A stretch of 64,000 nucleotides of DNA from an uncultured Clostridia bacterium (GTDB lineage: Bacteria > Bacillota > Clostridia > Christensenellales > UBA3700). Location of the stretch: positions 4,540 through 68,539 of the forward strand of contig CAMWNK010000003.1 of assembly GCA_947175555.1 (NCBI GenBank), given 5' to 3'. Of this stretch, positions 44,801 to 47,627 are shown in pieces. Below the pieces are notes generated by a model. That model worked only from the letters and a program-made list of their open reading frames with translations. It searched no databases and was not told where the DNA came from. The first letter of the stretch is position 1; the number at the start of each line of letters is the position of its first letter. Position numbers and translations under genes: made by a program.

Positions 44801-45557
44801 AGAGAACGACGCTGTCTACAATACCGCTAATCATCGACTGCGAATTGAGTAAATCCTGTAAGAATGCAGGAAGTTTCTCGGCAACGCTGAGAAGATAATT
44901 CATGTTGAAATCTTCGATATATATGGGTTTAGCATCGGGATCCGAAGGATTAGTATCTATAAACAGGCCGCCGGCAGCTCCTTGGATATCCACAATATAT
45001 ATACCGAGCTTGGGCTTTCCGTCTTCAGTCAACTGGAAGCCCAAATCGTAATCAAGCGCGTTATCGCCGATTCCACGGCTCACGTTGGATACGAATTCAA
45101 GACCGTACTCCTTTCCGCCGGAAATACCCGATCCCTTGAGATGAGTATTGATATTATCTCCTTTGGATATACTGTTGAGTACAGTAAACAGCGGAGACAG
45201 TATGCCCGAGCTGCTACTGGAAGAACCACCTCTCCACTTAGCAGTCAGCTTGATAACTCCGCTGGCATTGGAAGGTACGGTATACTCATCGGTGTACGAC
45301 ATCAAAGACTCGTCGTCCCATCCGACTAACCTCTGCCCTCCGTTCTTAGGATTGTAATCCTTGAGATTGATGACGGTACCGGGGGTAACGTTGTTAAGCG
45401 TCATGACGCTGTTACCGCTCTCGAAAGTACCTGCGCCGGCATCAAAAACGACCGTTACGCCGGAGTCGCATGCAGACAGTATCAATGCACCGCTGAGCGC
45501 AACCAACATAACGAGTACCGTTACCAACGCTAAAAATTTGCCTTTCTTGCTTCCCAT
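23817..45557 (-). CDS. giant (7,246 aa) predicted lipoprotein: Sec/SPII signal, Listeria-Bacteroides (Flg_new)-like domain, seven ~0.6-1 k-aa super-repeats of an unassigned module interleaved with >=16 FN3-like domains, non-repeat C-terminal region with Ig-like domains
   Basis: - The ORF is uninterrupted over 21.7 kb, with GGGAGAG before the ATG.
- MGSKKGKFLALVTVLVMLVALSGALILSAC carries the lipobox LSAC.
- VVFDAGAGTF...GQRLVGWDDE...IKLTAKW is Flg_new-like.
- The LGIY...LYVDLS motif recurs 14 times.
- There are 16 W-x2-[VI]-x-GA-x-Y FN3-type signatures.
- The C-terminus has LPGNVTAHYANGTTESISVRWKS (Big-like).
- There is no C-terminal TM and no LPXTG. Confidence 0.9.
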   Translation of the reverse strand: MGSKKGKFLALVTVLVMLVALSGALILSACDSGVTVVFDAGAGTFESGNSVMTLNNVTPGTVINLKDYNPKNGGQRLVGWDDESLMSYTDEYTVPSNASGVIKLTAKWRGGSSSSSSGILSPLFTVLNSISKGDNINTHLKGSGISGGKEYGLEFVSNVSRGIGDNALDYDLGFQLTEDGKPKLGIYIVDIQGAAGGLFIDTNPSDPDAKPIYIEDFNMNYLLSVAEKLPAFLQDLLNSQSMISGIVDSVVLSMFMSVNTTTSGSITNYDITISPLKLVNGLTGLLENPIISGVVGGLLSSIDLNPLLSWLKENVPDVDFIVRAGINSAGQLAGNIELDLIDNSVGESTFTYTTAQLTHGVYDGDNLSLVPDKINDYVAWSLGNIKLSANLDLSTSGNNVDVGALINTFVPGTLPQGLILLDANIGYRLDAIIDIDIKQADPNVDNNLIAIELFEKGQYGSENAILGVYYRNGSLYINIGNILNKLPSASGNGEIAKLWSGKGIKISGINLNELVGAIKQRAVSEIDKLFGTDHGKIEKSGMESTLKLLSQSDSVMALSVDEEGNTYISPGWGNFISMLFKVLKIEGDYVNVTNSANGGELSLTLNNNLIDSILTAIGGFVPGLADGINIPDIGEGKLFIKVNKHGLESIGIDHNIGGINLGLSLSDFLLLQPIMFGDTDAKQDFASYIDSCIGDDSGYTTSINELINNVLNGGIKGSINLDLSFSGGEYNISQLLAMFGLSLGDIKIKIDNPNAKIALGLDFGLYIDENNPDMDSALYLELVAREPVYLEDPNGGTALIDEGIILGIYLYRNAIYLDASNLKILNLEMPIYKLNNMGVGSAIEALLAQLPELNLSLDLSGVINSIKGNPNAGEGEAEAAAALAEITKDSAGVLSTSQAISNAGAIALYLGSDAIKLSATVGAVFTLLNCFNVNLGFDIDQYIKGEIPIEIAYKDGQLSLQVTANLLSTVDGKDSNLKLSLGIDLADVNIAGCKKEIKDKVDDIGSDYNNQELDDYVIKGLLNAVLDTQISMKIMLKQGKLDVLKLVDYLLDTLKVNVSLSDLELDGSIGTDSLEATLNIKLAMSDSNKPILGIELIAGETGSADVLFSLYLDQNNAYIDLNVLGLGKYKVSNTGIMGMLTDLLDGFSESISLKGLLNLDSLLDVSKSISLKAVTSDNIGTTIVWNRYGSANDIYYNVYGVTPGVGGAADRIDAIALGVTHKDAAIFVDGRFTIIDGDSNYSHYRVDVCTVKDGNEKIIVSATTTASAFDYNAKAEYTDDVKSTHISWNIFDANYRYVLQQIGADGQSKEVDVTSAVIDGGVFKLTADATGVVSYNVRVYIPKESVGASSDITVENFTFVVTKVESDVPQGPAAIDVAINGVAKSVSWSSVDKAAYYEVSLSLSGAATAEWTTRVSAGGNLTTKWYNEYKNYAITVVAYDAQGNKITEGVSRTSYNIIDALLSGLTINNGIIGLEITGKVFGDILANLVGENFRIEILDVALKDVNIFTGTADLVLNIYDSVSSDAGNISISAGIAISPTDTAELAAKVDDMNAPNSGYSEIDFAYGGNVVKGIWDIFDEGVMLGAEFELKFVKGSYNLSKLFAMFGENISKMLESGPVWTFEKDTSVKAELKLAIALDDVTKLSTEAQKKLPQGMLKAPQIMLSIGFPQGLVLGNDVAIKPNSSIDVFLNYEGLSIDLSGISILGLTLPKYRAEGFDFFGFLNGYLLKLEQLIGGQYNPNGLVIDTANSTVVTTGGTSVLNLKWNSYIGAEEYSYVVNRMGADASEEVKLGSNTTSAAIDVTGLKDGDNVTLNVLDTMGNAYASAIYYAKIVDGELTFELNDSQAQMARAQGEDVSLMISKDKLSLMMTSQALLSIIKLVFGDKIDIDLPDLDLTIFGEIGNIDGVTGILLKVVGDLIKPEGYVGSDSTLELSLKLYMDSGAAVKNLNIGDKYAAFIASADNAGSKLISGLLDSLFNTSFSLYIDLAAEQDFDIIDVLNMFIGDKIDLSSLNLDTIINNNSGNKLLELKLTTSGSYSDFENVAMLLQLNYIGRELIALVVKDGDVYLDLSGIGAGVIKVTDSRTPLTANIKSMLDGLIGNIEIDIEETLNGLLGIGSQQSNVAAYADNGASDNAAKAGMRIDTSSLIAAIIDMVALNDSVVKLYATSEMIKGLLNQFFSISLNIELDGDIDIFNGEAQINVSLKDNADKAITLSLGLSINTMTNAELTALTTDLTGRVNSFDGIAIDLSNMVGSIADLLNGLDLSLELDVNFSGNNNVNLWDVLGVILTSVVKADGAINDVFEALGAEGFRWQLDTATDINLKLKLATDIKTVTVDSQEQIDEKNSSVVVGIIAGKDLTIGYDVSDSNREVIIKEGDGIYLIIKGGKLYIDLSAVHILGLTLPILRADNFNVMSYLSSIVGDIKQAVDKVIGTDDTVTDDNSGVVTQNNSAMALANNTDGSIVIGQDITFNIGIKAVMSLLNEMGLIDLTALNLDWDIVATTGVQNGLLKIAIEHNGAATPVIGFNAALTLGVKLQGDAEQSADKERQDMLAMAKNADSRYADSTSKVVDAILNKVLNSTIKLSISAHSDADKFNISRLLSQLIGMLATGSQGLDSQKAFNIDVSDLDRLELTITLNGKVDDLSALSAMIRIDSVYKNYLGNDVNNKIIALYVDSGDLYADLSALLHNVNIIKVSNSAVMNILSDTLNKLLSGIDFDLNTIINIAPKAASAASNVALAPAATAESNSLDIAELIKSVAKIVRLHNSSIALEAGTDTIDSLLYSLMGVHLDVVGVDGAIYLINGKAELNANIYDYDGKALTVGLGLSIAENGIDETTTLADAIQHAQSTAVELDFSSGKTLAQTVLDVLGGMSLQLDVKLQLPEGVFGIGDLLTGFGINIADANAFELIISGGNMRLDASLIAKAAFDYDNHNNTAIMLEVVMNSDAVFGAVDGQDNIVFHGGDRILGIYIKGSELYVDLSSLTLLGIELPVYYTANFNIQGFINYVLNKLIGGLDSMIFGEFAVNAEYSDTETNLVWNKVDGADAYVVNVNGNKVAMLLADSEVNGKFSYTLDKADLTDVYTVEIIPMVKKTVEGNDNYVAMGGRTGRYTNAFDIYTSYGENGRAIFAWDRISGAQYYTVSVNGVKYIDTEDTSVAIDNLVGGEVIDVTPYKKSGETACAVNDYIGRVTYKVSQAAISTVAGINDLGVNELFLMGISRDQINIKLSLDAIQAILQALNLDGALGGYDAVIDLTLKPNQDWLSLSFESNLGEAYGGTNASGEIALSVFDIYNGANADAFKQSLADDAVWNILAQKKDMAYSNIVDGLLDKMLNLSATLDIKVTGDTALNLRNVLNAVFAQIDQIKDMRITEDIMLELSGLDLQLALNIGIDLSSVDNTVIAIALNDMRGGKSNLLGIYLHQGKVIIDATGIALGRYAIEGAQLFQGLFDTLNNAIKGLRDATDMDGLLDMLYGLVDKTPAQSDETVSLDSSAEKGNLPAGTHSIAVRVSTDANAGTTTFSWDSVPTAMRYRLMLYSGYDLANKTNLIREAEFMPEGLDICNTIRGTSVTFNTEALNKIGLIKDSMSPFDGVLQSGYYYLVVEAVRKYGADSVEPVYNEDGLVINGGYTNFSVLKSILSMVKIKNDRISLTATAATINKLLAGTLGINFDWASVVLDIDLFDGIGNLDFTVSDGERSVIADNITLTKDTASVELGWDVVADADYYEIDITDINGKDKIDTVQVHDFDITVSGNRASYSVDATAYPWLLSKELRYRVTAIFDSVNTAVIGLTLTTGGDGRDKAVEAMKDNGILVEFGEFGDYTIAPEIPSINEINGASIQQFVEGLLSVIRLEASLDIFIARGSYNISSLINNLLEKLNLNVEGLDESGIVWTLTDDLRFTIELKLLFSLGVNAEDTKFVLELSSSGLSLNEADGTTIGVINAGTLLGLYYQDGKAFVDLSNITLLGIQMPCYTFDIDVHQVLTDMIDNLFKDFDFSILGKGLSVNVEGNADGNTYALWNNYSKSDEYKVEVFKPVYAADSMSWTSAGFVTVQAGATRADITSLVGTDRHYMVEVTALDATGAEIAKDSKVCGESAQERRVSLADDIDTLDMRHLIMLGISSDKLQVEVTTKAVASLLSSFLSGNSTIASITDILGLFDLRLVGEWQAKEALTLKLQGDLFGTDFTPVNVACNNVGYVIDDDAQGVTFTWDAIDAANGYELTIKNATGSTVATAKSDTNSAHVEFDSIFTQAVLAPNGGSWSVVGIIDNPLNVTLKLHTEKLLNPDDMNKVPEEIDEILSDIDIDKAKEEYGSKLIAGLLDKIYNLSLSIALDFSEVDGFSVSEVLSVMVGNLLLGSTGISVSELTDALDLRLSTDATTVALDIMLNVDKNSPADTNIVIQLSSVIGGNNKDVLFALYIYNNKLVVDMRAIGLRAYEIRNLEYIVSLQEELFGLIDGLIGDIEIDISKIIDGLLNPKTDSKTGNDDVAGDTPSIGDSVLGGDTMPAISVRVVNSYDNDGSRISTLKWGAVDGAVKYVLTMPADDGSETQVTLSANEYEFVSDAAVYGKPYNVKVEAYNADDVLIAVGNRGTNGVIASILNALSLHNSIIRLDITSEILDTLLSTVLKDISINTDPIDSLDANIDIFNGNAEAKINLVLKQGETGAVVNNLVLGATLGLGMSPKLYSIDSTTGISDPDTVIQKSLNAIGNVTVVDLGVGDPAGRIANAIFSALSTSSLAVDITVAFNAGTYDLAELIKSFGLDILGDTHLYWTFNQNTEITLTLELSARISPNAYNDSLLLLDIKAGKDIIFPAVNVGGKNYGEFRIDAGESIISVFGRSNSNGNSYIYLDLSGFSILGIPLPVLRAEYNFDRMIINEIYDLAAKITGQYKPEVSYEADDRGNMILSWEAREFGGEQIKYDFTVVNADNNAEIVSIKGSEFLNGNNVVDTSYLLTRDKVVNRMRVSITAYFDYTLSDGRPARRVVAESTSDIDLSAHADVTAHEAEDIIKDTQDKGLQVLDTVKLEYIGLNKTRASWLALEGVVAYEIYLVSTGTGARIPMSNAVETGKATVVGAGRVEGYDTLGINGDGIKPGTEISVEIDTTPLFTAAISAMGRYQTMFASGLSAPAPSIGNANSADDYYGYYIVVNCYGNVKEAEEPETPAVDSYALVARGAANSYGAINANFIPKVGASAGSGNYIISWDNFDGAVKYSVLPYYSRNNISSSGMSVDYIAVGKSSASAAGYTINDLLVNGNFVNIYNVDYSGTYNIELCAYDTYGNIIGYTVIANSIKANGNKLVPMAVIEIIAKADQLGIAVQLDAVAAILDAFGVKLGAFDLSALDIEAAVGLKTYVERVTTSGDIGGGYIDSIDVYGAHLKGMDIGAAYTVKVTHTNEGSLVGVKEYTLIADYSGKLDVSYVMNALGEYNFSVINASGVEVVNTTVRTLKRYSLDIVGDLMQNANTAGAVVNANETSGTVSATVSSGALSYTWSAIDNASNYTVRVDYFADLSVSGAPNATETKSATGTSVLSSLPLDAGWYLVTVTAGNGTSTGKFVQVMFTVDESGNLNNSVGKVLGQIGVTSDGRLIYWNAMSNAHTYGLDICERVNGTIVKSAVYDGLNGTVHSVTLNHAGSYDVIVRGYDVDGNMLPDIYSAHVEVGGKSDFNISASISYDDIIIGGGDSDYNRLSNIIDSKANSYFSGDYATTVRMLIFNYLQDVGLGLKLDLSATQTVINMADMINTVFNAINGTSPIGAPIRLDVKGIRDMGMTLNLEWHLDYTRNSTTQMVTGINAQGTTLKAELNYYEGNNTKTLLGFYLKDRSFYVALQGLGLFNIKMTSNRMINNLTGTLYTLLDNLSHTLDDTIDSALGVDAGEGINFGVLIKALLGEYAEIDLGSVIVGGATMDVDELQTMAKDESVQDMDIGYIVTKLLGVLSLENSSLLVNATSSVIDTIVADLLGVELGLDVDVSVLLGILSGDIAASLRIDNVTVNAELDLHINDGSDYSNLVIPSMNFIDLNVEQNSGTQLAMSLIASSGINLSIDLANASVESIAYYNYTADNAYTFGYPASLRISVEALNEDRTITENLNGSLQVQRGGLLVTLIGMDTAEYNTKGAGSTLPLAYIYISPDDSLTVKLAKGWFVINASAIGITVTVDLGDNLYASSMQSLIRGFVPDGTFPVTISVPNLGIMNTLGGLLDNIINMIIGDESGANTNPDDTTAGDDTSSGTGESVVDYGIKVYAYNSTNPVVEGSTFRIVHNAATNADGVAFDGYNLRVMRSDGYVLLDTTYPASATTSSGNYGYNVNFNWYEDYRIVVEGYMNKTGFDKVFGELDFWALLGGNRKGSNAATLPTGGAYPTAEAWTEDDFGITASLSGTGNFNLSVDFDTYYLNKLIDDVMDLIFGANTILDLSSMGLRHNYLAHTWWDRTSRSSTWLNTMDLGGNDLRLGMQYDPTSTLDSLAVQIVPLLADALELININIDVNVGPAIKVKLNGPAIREADDSLKWHDTMSNLNRIFMHLLPFAVWNTAKLNVSLVDGTIANISFDGEDLGLAVRDENGRVLTHEVQTFYGKYNSGQSRDQYYYDTGRTDDFTYSNLSAMGGVKKLTSNGSTKTSTVVRNGKSYTAYGYTVTYNAAGVAGSNTGGLQYSGATTNTAGTSGSRMNMNFTYVRTGSAIVNRSTQSGSGFNTGSDSSLWGKPNGSTFVVGQGDVAPFHTKIDIYNGSASVGSSSTTTDHTAGIVSWGGLPAYIEYDPLSMGAPSAAAPLIISRYFASGLTARYQQGSNFARGQITYAINGGTLNSTNLATALSSSADEITVVATATFGGSIGSKSLNIVIHRNRSTIVSIDKVQMHYFDSLPQYVVVTTSEGKRKKYDVTTDRNKAGDENKVLLTDYDPAAVSAAQGATINAKLTFADGTISNLLEIEYEDSTLSLENINELDLYSFNNIDDVVNAIDRIKVTYADGDAVISDNMVLGNGGSGSTMQIYSTKAGRWIALNSWANGVLDIKGDTIYIPASVSQNASDWGSNRLSQSTTIVINIATKLPEYITVRDGEADTIVVNPYEHYMSLVNGDDSLAALPGNVTAHYANGTTESISVRWKSTDGSYVRSNSIITGWNTMGAEGQLYVENDEVIYQKFHWVYGRDELSNKIINYRMESGRVVGMAFDLDGDGIYESATPDSTARRQLNAEVEFSGGYKMILPVAIDTIGNRLVGYIGYDVAAYRANSLNICDYDGYSFKQAFIITKDVRSLV
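26950..45100 (-). repeat. in-frame protein-level super-repeat region of the 7,246-aa gene (diverged, not identical at DNA level)
   Basis: Flavour-a motif copies lie at about 44941-45020, 43081-43160, 40441-40500, 38335-38425, 36600-36680, 33640-33735 and 30960-31035. Flavour-b copies lie at about 44101-44175, 42181-42245, 39320-39400, 37470-37560, 35235-35325, 32245-32330 and 28050-28135. The two flavours alternate strictly. Confidence 0.7.
45468..45557 (-). other. lipoprotein signal peptide of the 7,246-aa protein (Cys30 lipidation site)
   Basis: K-rich n-region, hydrophobic core LALVTVLVMLVALSGALI and lipobox L-S-A-C, with the Cys codon at 45468-45470. Confidence 0.75.
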
Positions 45558-45607
45558 AATTTTCTCTCCCTACGATGTAAGCAATCAGGTCGTGCCTGTT
45601 TTAAGTT

Positions 45608-45636
45608 ATTATAATAATATACACGCGCATTGTCAA
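45608..45636 (-). promoter_or_regulatory. consensus sigma-A promoter of the 7,246-aa gene
   Basis: The minus strand reads TTGACA (45636-45631), a 17-nt spacer, then TATAAT (45613-45608). The predicted 5' UTR is about 45 nt and ends in GGGAGAG-N6-ATG. Confidence 0.55.
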
Positions 45637-46753
45637 TACCATAGCAAAACTAAATAAATACTCACAATATTTCTAAAATTGGCTGATTTTCCTTAACATT
45701 TTTTCCCATATCGACACATTTTAAGAAAATTCCGACCATGACTTTAAGGCAAATCCAACAAGATTTTTAATGTAAAAATTATGTAAAATCGTAATTTAGC
45801 GTGATTTTTCAGAAGTTTTTGTTCTATAGTTTGATTTTTGCAAGCAGCTCGCACTGATTTGCATTTTCAAATATCCGCATCGATATCTGCTCTAAAACGC
45901 AGCATGAAAATAAAACTTGCAGACACGAAATCGCCGATTTCACTATACATAGCACAGCCATTTATTTTCCATTTTATCATTATAAGCGCGTCAAAGCATT
46001 TTGCTCATCTGAAAAGTAAGGTATAGTCGATAAGTTGTTAATCAGACGATAAATTTCAGTTATGATCAAGGAGCTTACTATCCGCTCTTCACTATTCGGA
46101 AATAATTCATATATCCAAATGCTTAAAGAGTGATGATTTCCTTTACAAGCGGATAATTACTACATGCAATATATCTTTTCCGTCTACAACGTATCACTAT
46201 AGCCTAAAGTTATAGTTGATTGATTACTGCATTATTGATTATCAGCTATTGAAAATTGTGCGATACAATCGATAACTAAATAGACATTACAGTATCGTCC
46301 TATGACCGATAGTTTTTTGCATAAATCGCGTTAGGCTCAAGCAATATAGTATCAGATTAGTGCGAAACATAATTAACTGATAAGTCATAGGCAATCACAT
46401 GCTAAGCAGCAGAAAGTATAATTATTGCTATATAGAAAACCGCCAAAATGATATCGTAAAATATGTAAAAGTGCACAAAATAGGCATATATGATTAGCAT
46501 ATTTTCCCAGTTGATTATTTCCAATATTTTCCTTGAATATGTCGATAATGCACAAAATATACATATAAATTTTATATCATTATCACATACAGTATACAGG
46601 CTGCTTGGCAAAAGCGGATAACATATATTTTGACAATCAAGCATTGCTTATTATGCCCATAATTCTCGCCGCCAAATAAGTAAAAATCTATGCCGTGATT
46701 ATAATCAGTAAAATGCAATATACTAATGTCATACAAGGAGGTATTCATATAAA

Positions 46754-46978
46754 ATGGAACACAACTTAAACGGCAAAGGCTACTTTGGAATGGCATGGCT
46801 ACTGAACTTGATATTGGCTATAATACCCGTATCCAATATTATATTAGGTATAGTAATAAGAGCTATGCGTCGCAACTATCTCGGCGCGGTGCTCAACTTG
46901 ATACTTGCGCCTGTATTCTACGTGATAGACCTTATTACGATACTCTTCACCAATGACTTAAAATTGCTTGCAAGATAA
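46754..46978 (+). CDS. small (74 aa) two-TM membrane protein, function unknown
   Basis: AGGAGG lies 12 nt upstream of the ATG. There are two hydrophobic segments (WLLNLILAIIPVSNIILGIVI and AVLNLILAPVFYVIDLITILF). A terminator follows. Confidence 0.55.
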   Translation: MEHNLNGKGYFGMAWLLNLILAIIPVSNIILGIVIRAMRRNYLGAVLNLILAPVFYVIDLITILFTNDLKLLAR

Positions 46979-46998
46979 ATAAAGTAAACATTATCCTA

Positions 46999-47026
46999 AG
47001 GCGGCGCTAAGCCGCCTATTTCATTT
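46999..47026 (+). terminator. rho-independent terminator
   Basis: A 7-bp stem AGGCGGC / GCCGCCT with a 5-nt loop, followed by ATTTCATTT. Confidence 0.55.
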
Positions 47027-47059
47027 ACACTCATTTTACAAAATACTACATCTAAAAAT

Positions 47060-47102
47060 TTGACACAACATATCAAAAATCATATAATGTTAGCACACTA
47101 AC
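47060..47102 (+). promoter_or_regulatory. consensus promoter plus candidate MarR operator
   Basis: TTGACA (47060-47065), a 17-nt spacer, then TATAAT (47083-47088). The inverted repeat GTTAG-CACA-CTAAC (47089-47102) directly abuts it and covers the predicted TSS. Confidence 0.55.
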
Positions 47103-47128
47103 TAAATATATTGACAATATTGAATCAT

Positions 47129-47581
47129 ATGCAACGCGAAATTGGATACGAAATACGCAACCTCAACAACCTGATAGACAAAGAATTCAATACTCTTACG
47201 TCTCGTGGTGGGGATATTGATTACAACCAAAGCAGGCTCCAAGGCTGGATTATCGGCTATCTTTGCTTGAAAGAGCGCAAAGGAGAAGCGGTATATCAAA
47301 GGGATATCGAAAATGAATTCAACATCAAGCGTCCGACCGTTACTCAGACTATCAATGCTATGGTCAAAAACGGCTATATAATTCGCGAAAGCGTGATTGA
47401 GGATGCAAGGTTGCGCAGGCTGGTACTCACCGACAAAGCTCGCTCACTCCACGCCTCACATCTGAGAGATATTGAAAGAATAGAAAGCACTATGCGCACC
47501 AATCTGTCCCAAAGCGAGCTCGATGCCTTTTTCTCGACGGTGGATAAGATCAAATCCAATATCGAAAATCACAATTTTTGA
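47129..47581 (+). CDS. MarR-family transcriptional regulator
   Basis: Winged-HTH region QRDIENEFNIKRPTVTQTINAMVKNGYIIRESVIEDARLRRLVLT. The ORF track starts at TTG 47111; ATG 47129 is preferred. Neither start has a clear SD. Confidence 0.8.
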   Translation: MQREIGYEIRNLNNLIDKEFNTLTSRGGDIDYNQSRLQGWIIGYLCLKERKGEAVYQRDIENEFNIKRPTVTQTINAMVKNGYIIRESVIEDARLRRLVLTDKARSLHASHLRDIERIESTMRTNLSQSELDAFFSTVDKIKSNIENHNF

Positions 47582-47627
47582 TTATTAGGGCGCGTCTCAA
47601 TACATATTTATTATTATAGGTGAATGT

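Noticed and set aside
10199-45329. Very long plus-strand ORFs inside the giant genes. Examples are 31260-34763 (1,167 aa), 27576-30176 (866 aa), 13298-15088 (596 aa), 40548-42326 (592 aa), 11468-13168 (566 aa) and 25878-27476 (532 aa).
   Set aside because: All are exactly codon-aligned antisense shadows of the minus-strand genes; the start coordinates share the sense codon phase. They stay open simply because the sense genes avoid TTA, CTA and TCA codons over long stretches. Their translations are Arg/Tyr/Ile/Val/Cys-rich with no motifs, and no SD sites are visible. The minus-strand frames carry recognisable signal peptides and domains.
45558-45760. Possible invertible (phase-variable) promoter for the giant gene.
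   Set aside because: I found no pair of inverted repeats flanking the 45608-45636 promoter by eye, and no nearby invertase. The only recombinase is 6 kb away, in the island. A computational inverted-repeat search was not run, so this is only provisionally rejected.
46402-46796. Two overlapping minus-strand ORFs (80 aa and 74 aa) in the AT-rich spacer.
   Set aside because: They overlap each other in different frames, have no SD, and have an AT-bias composition (Ile/Phe/Tyr/Cys-rich). They are treated as non-coding.
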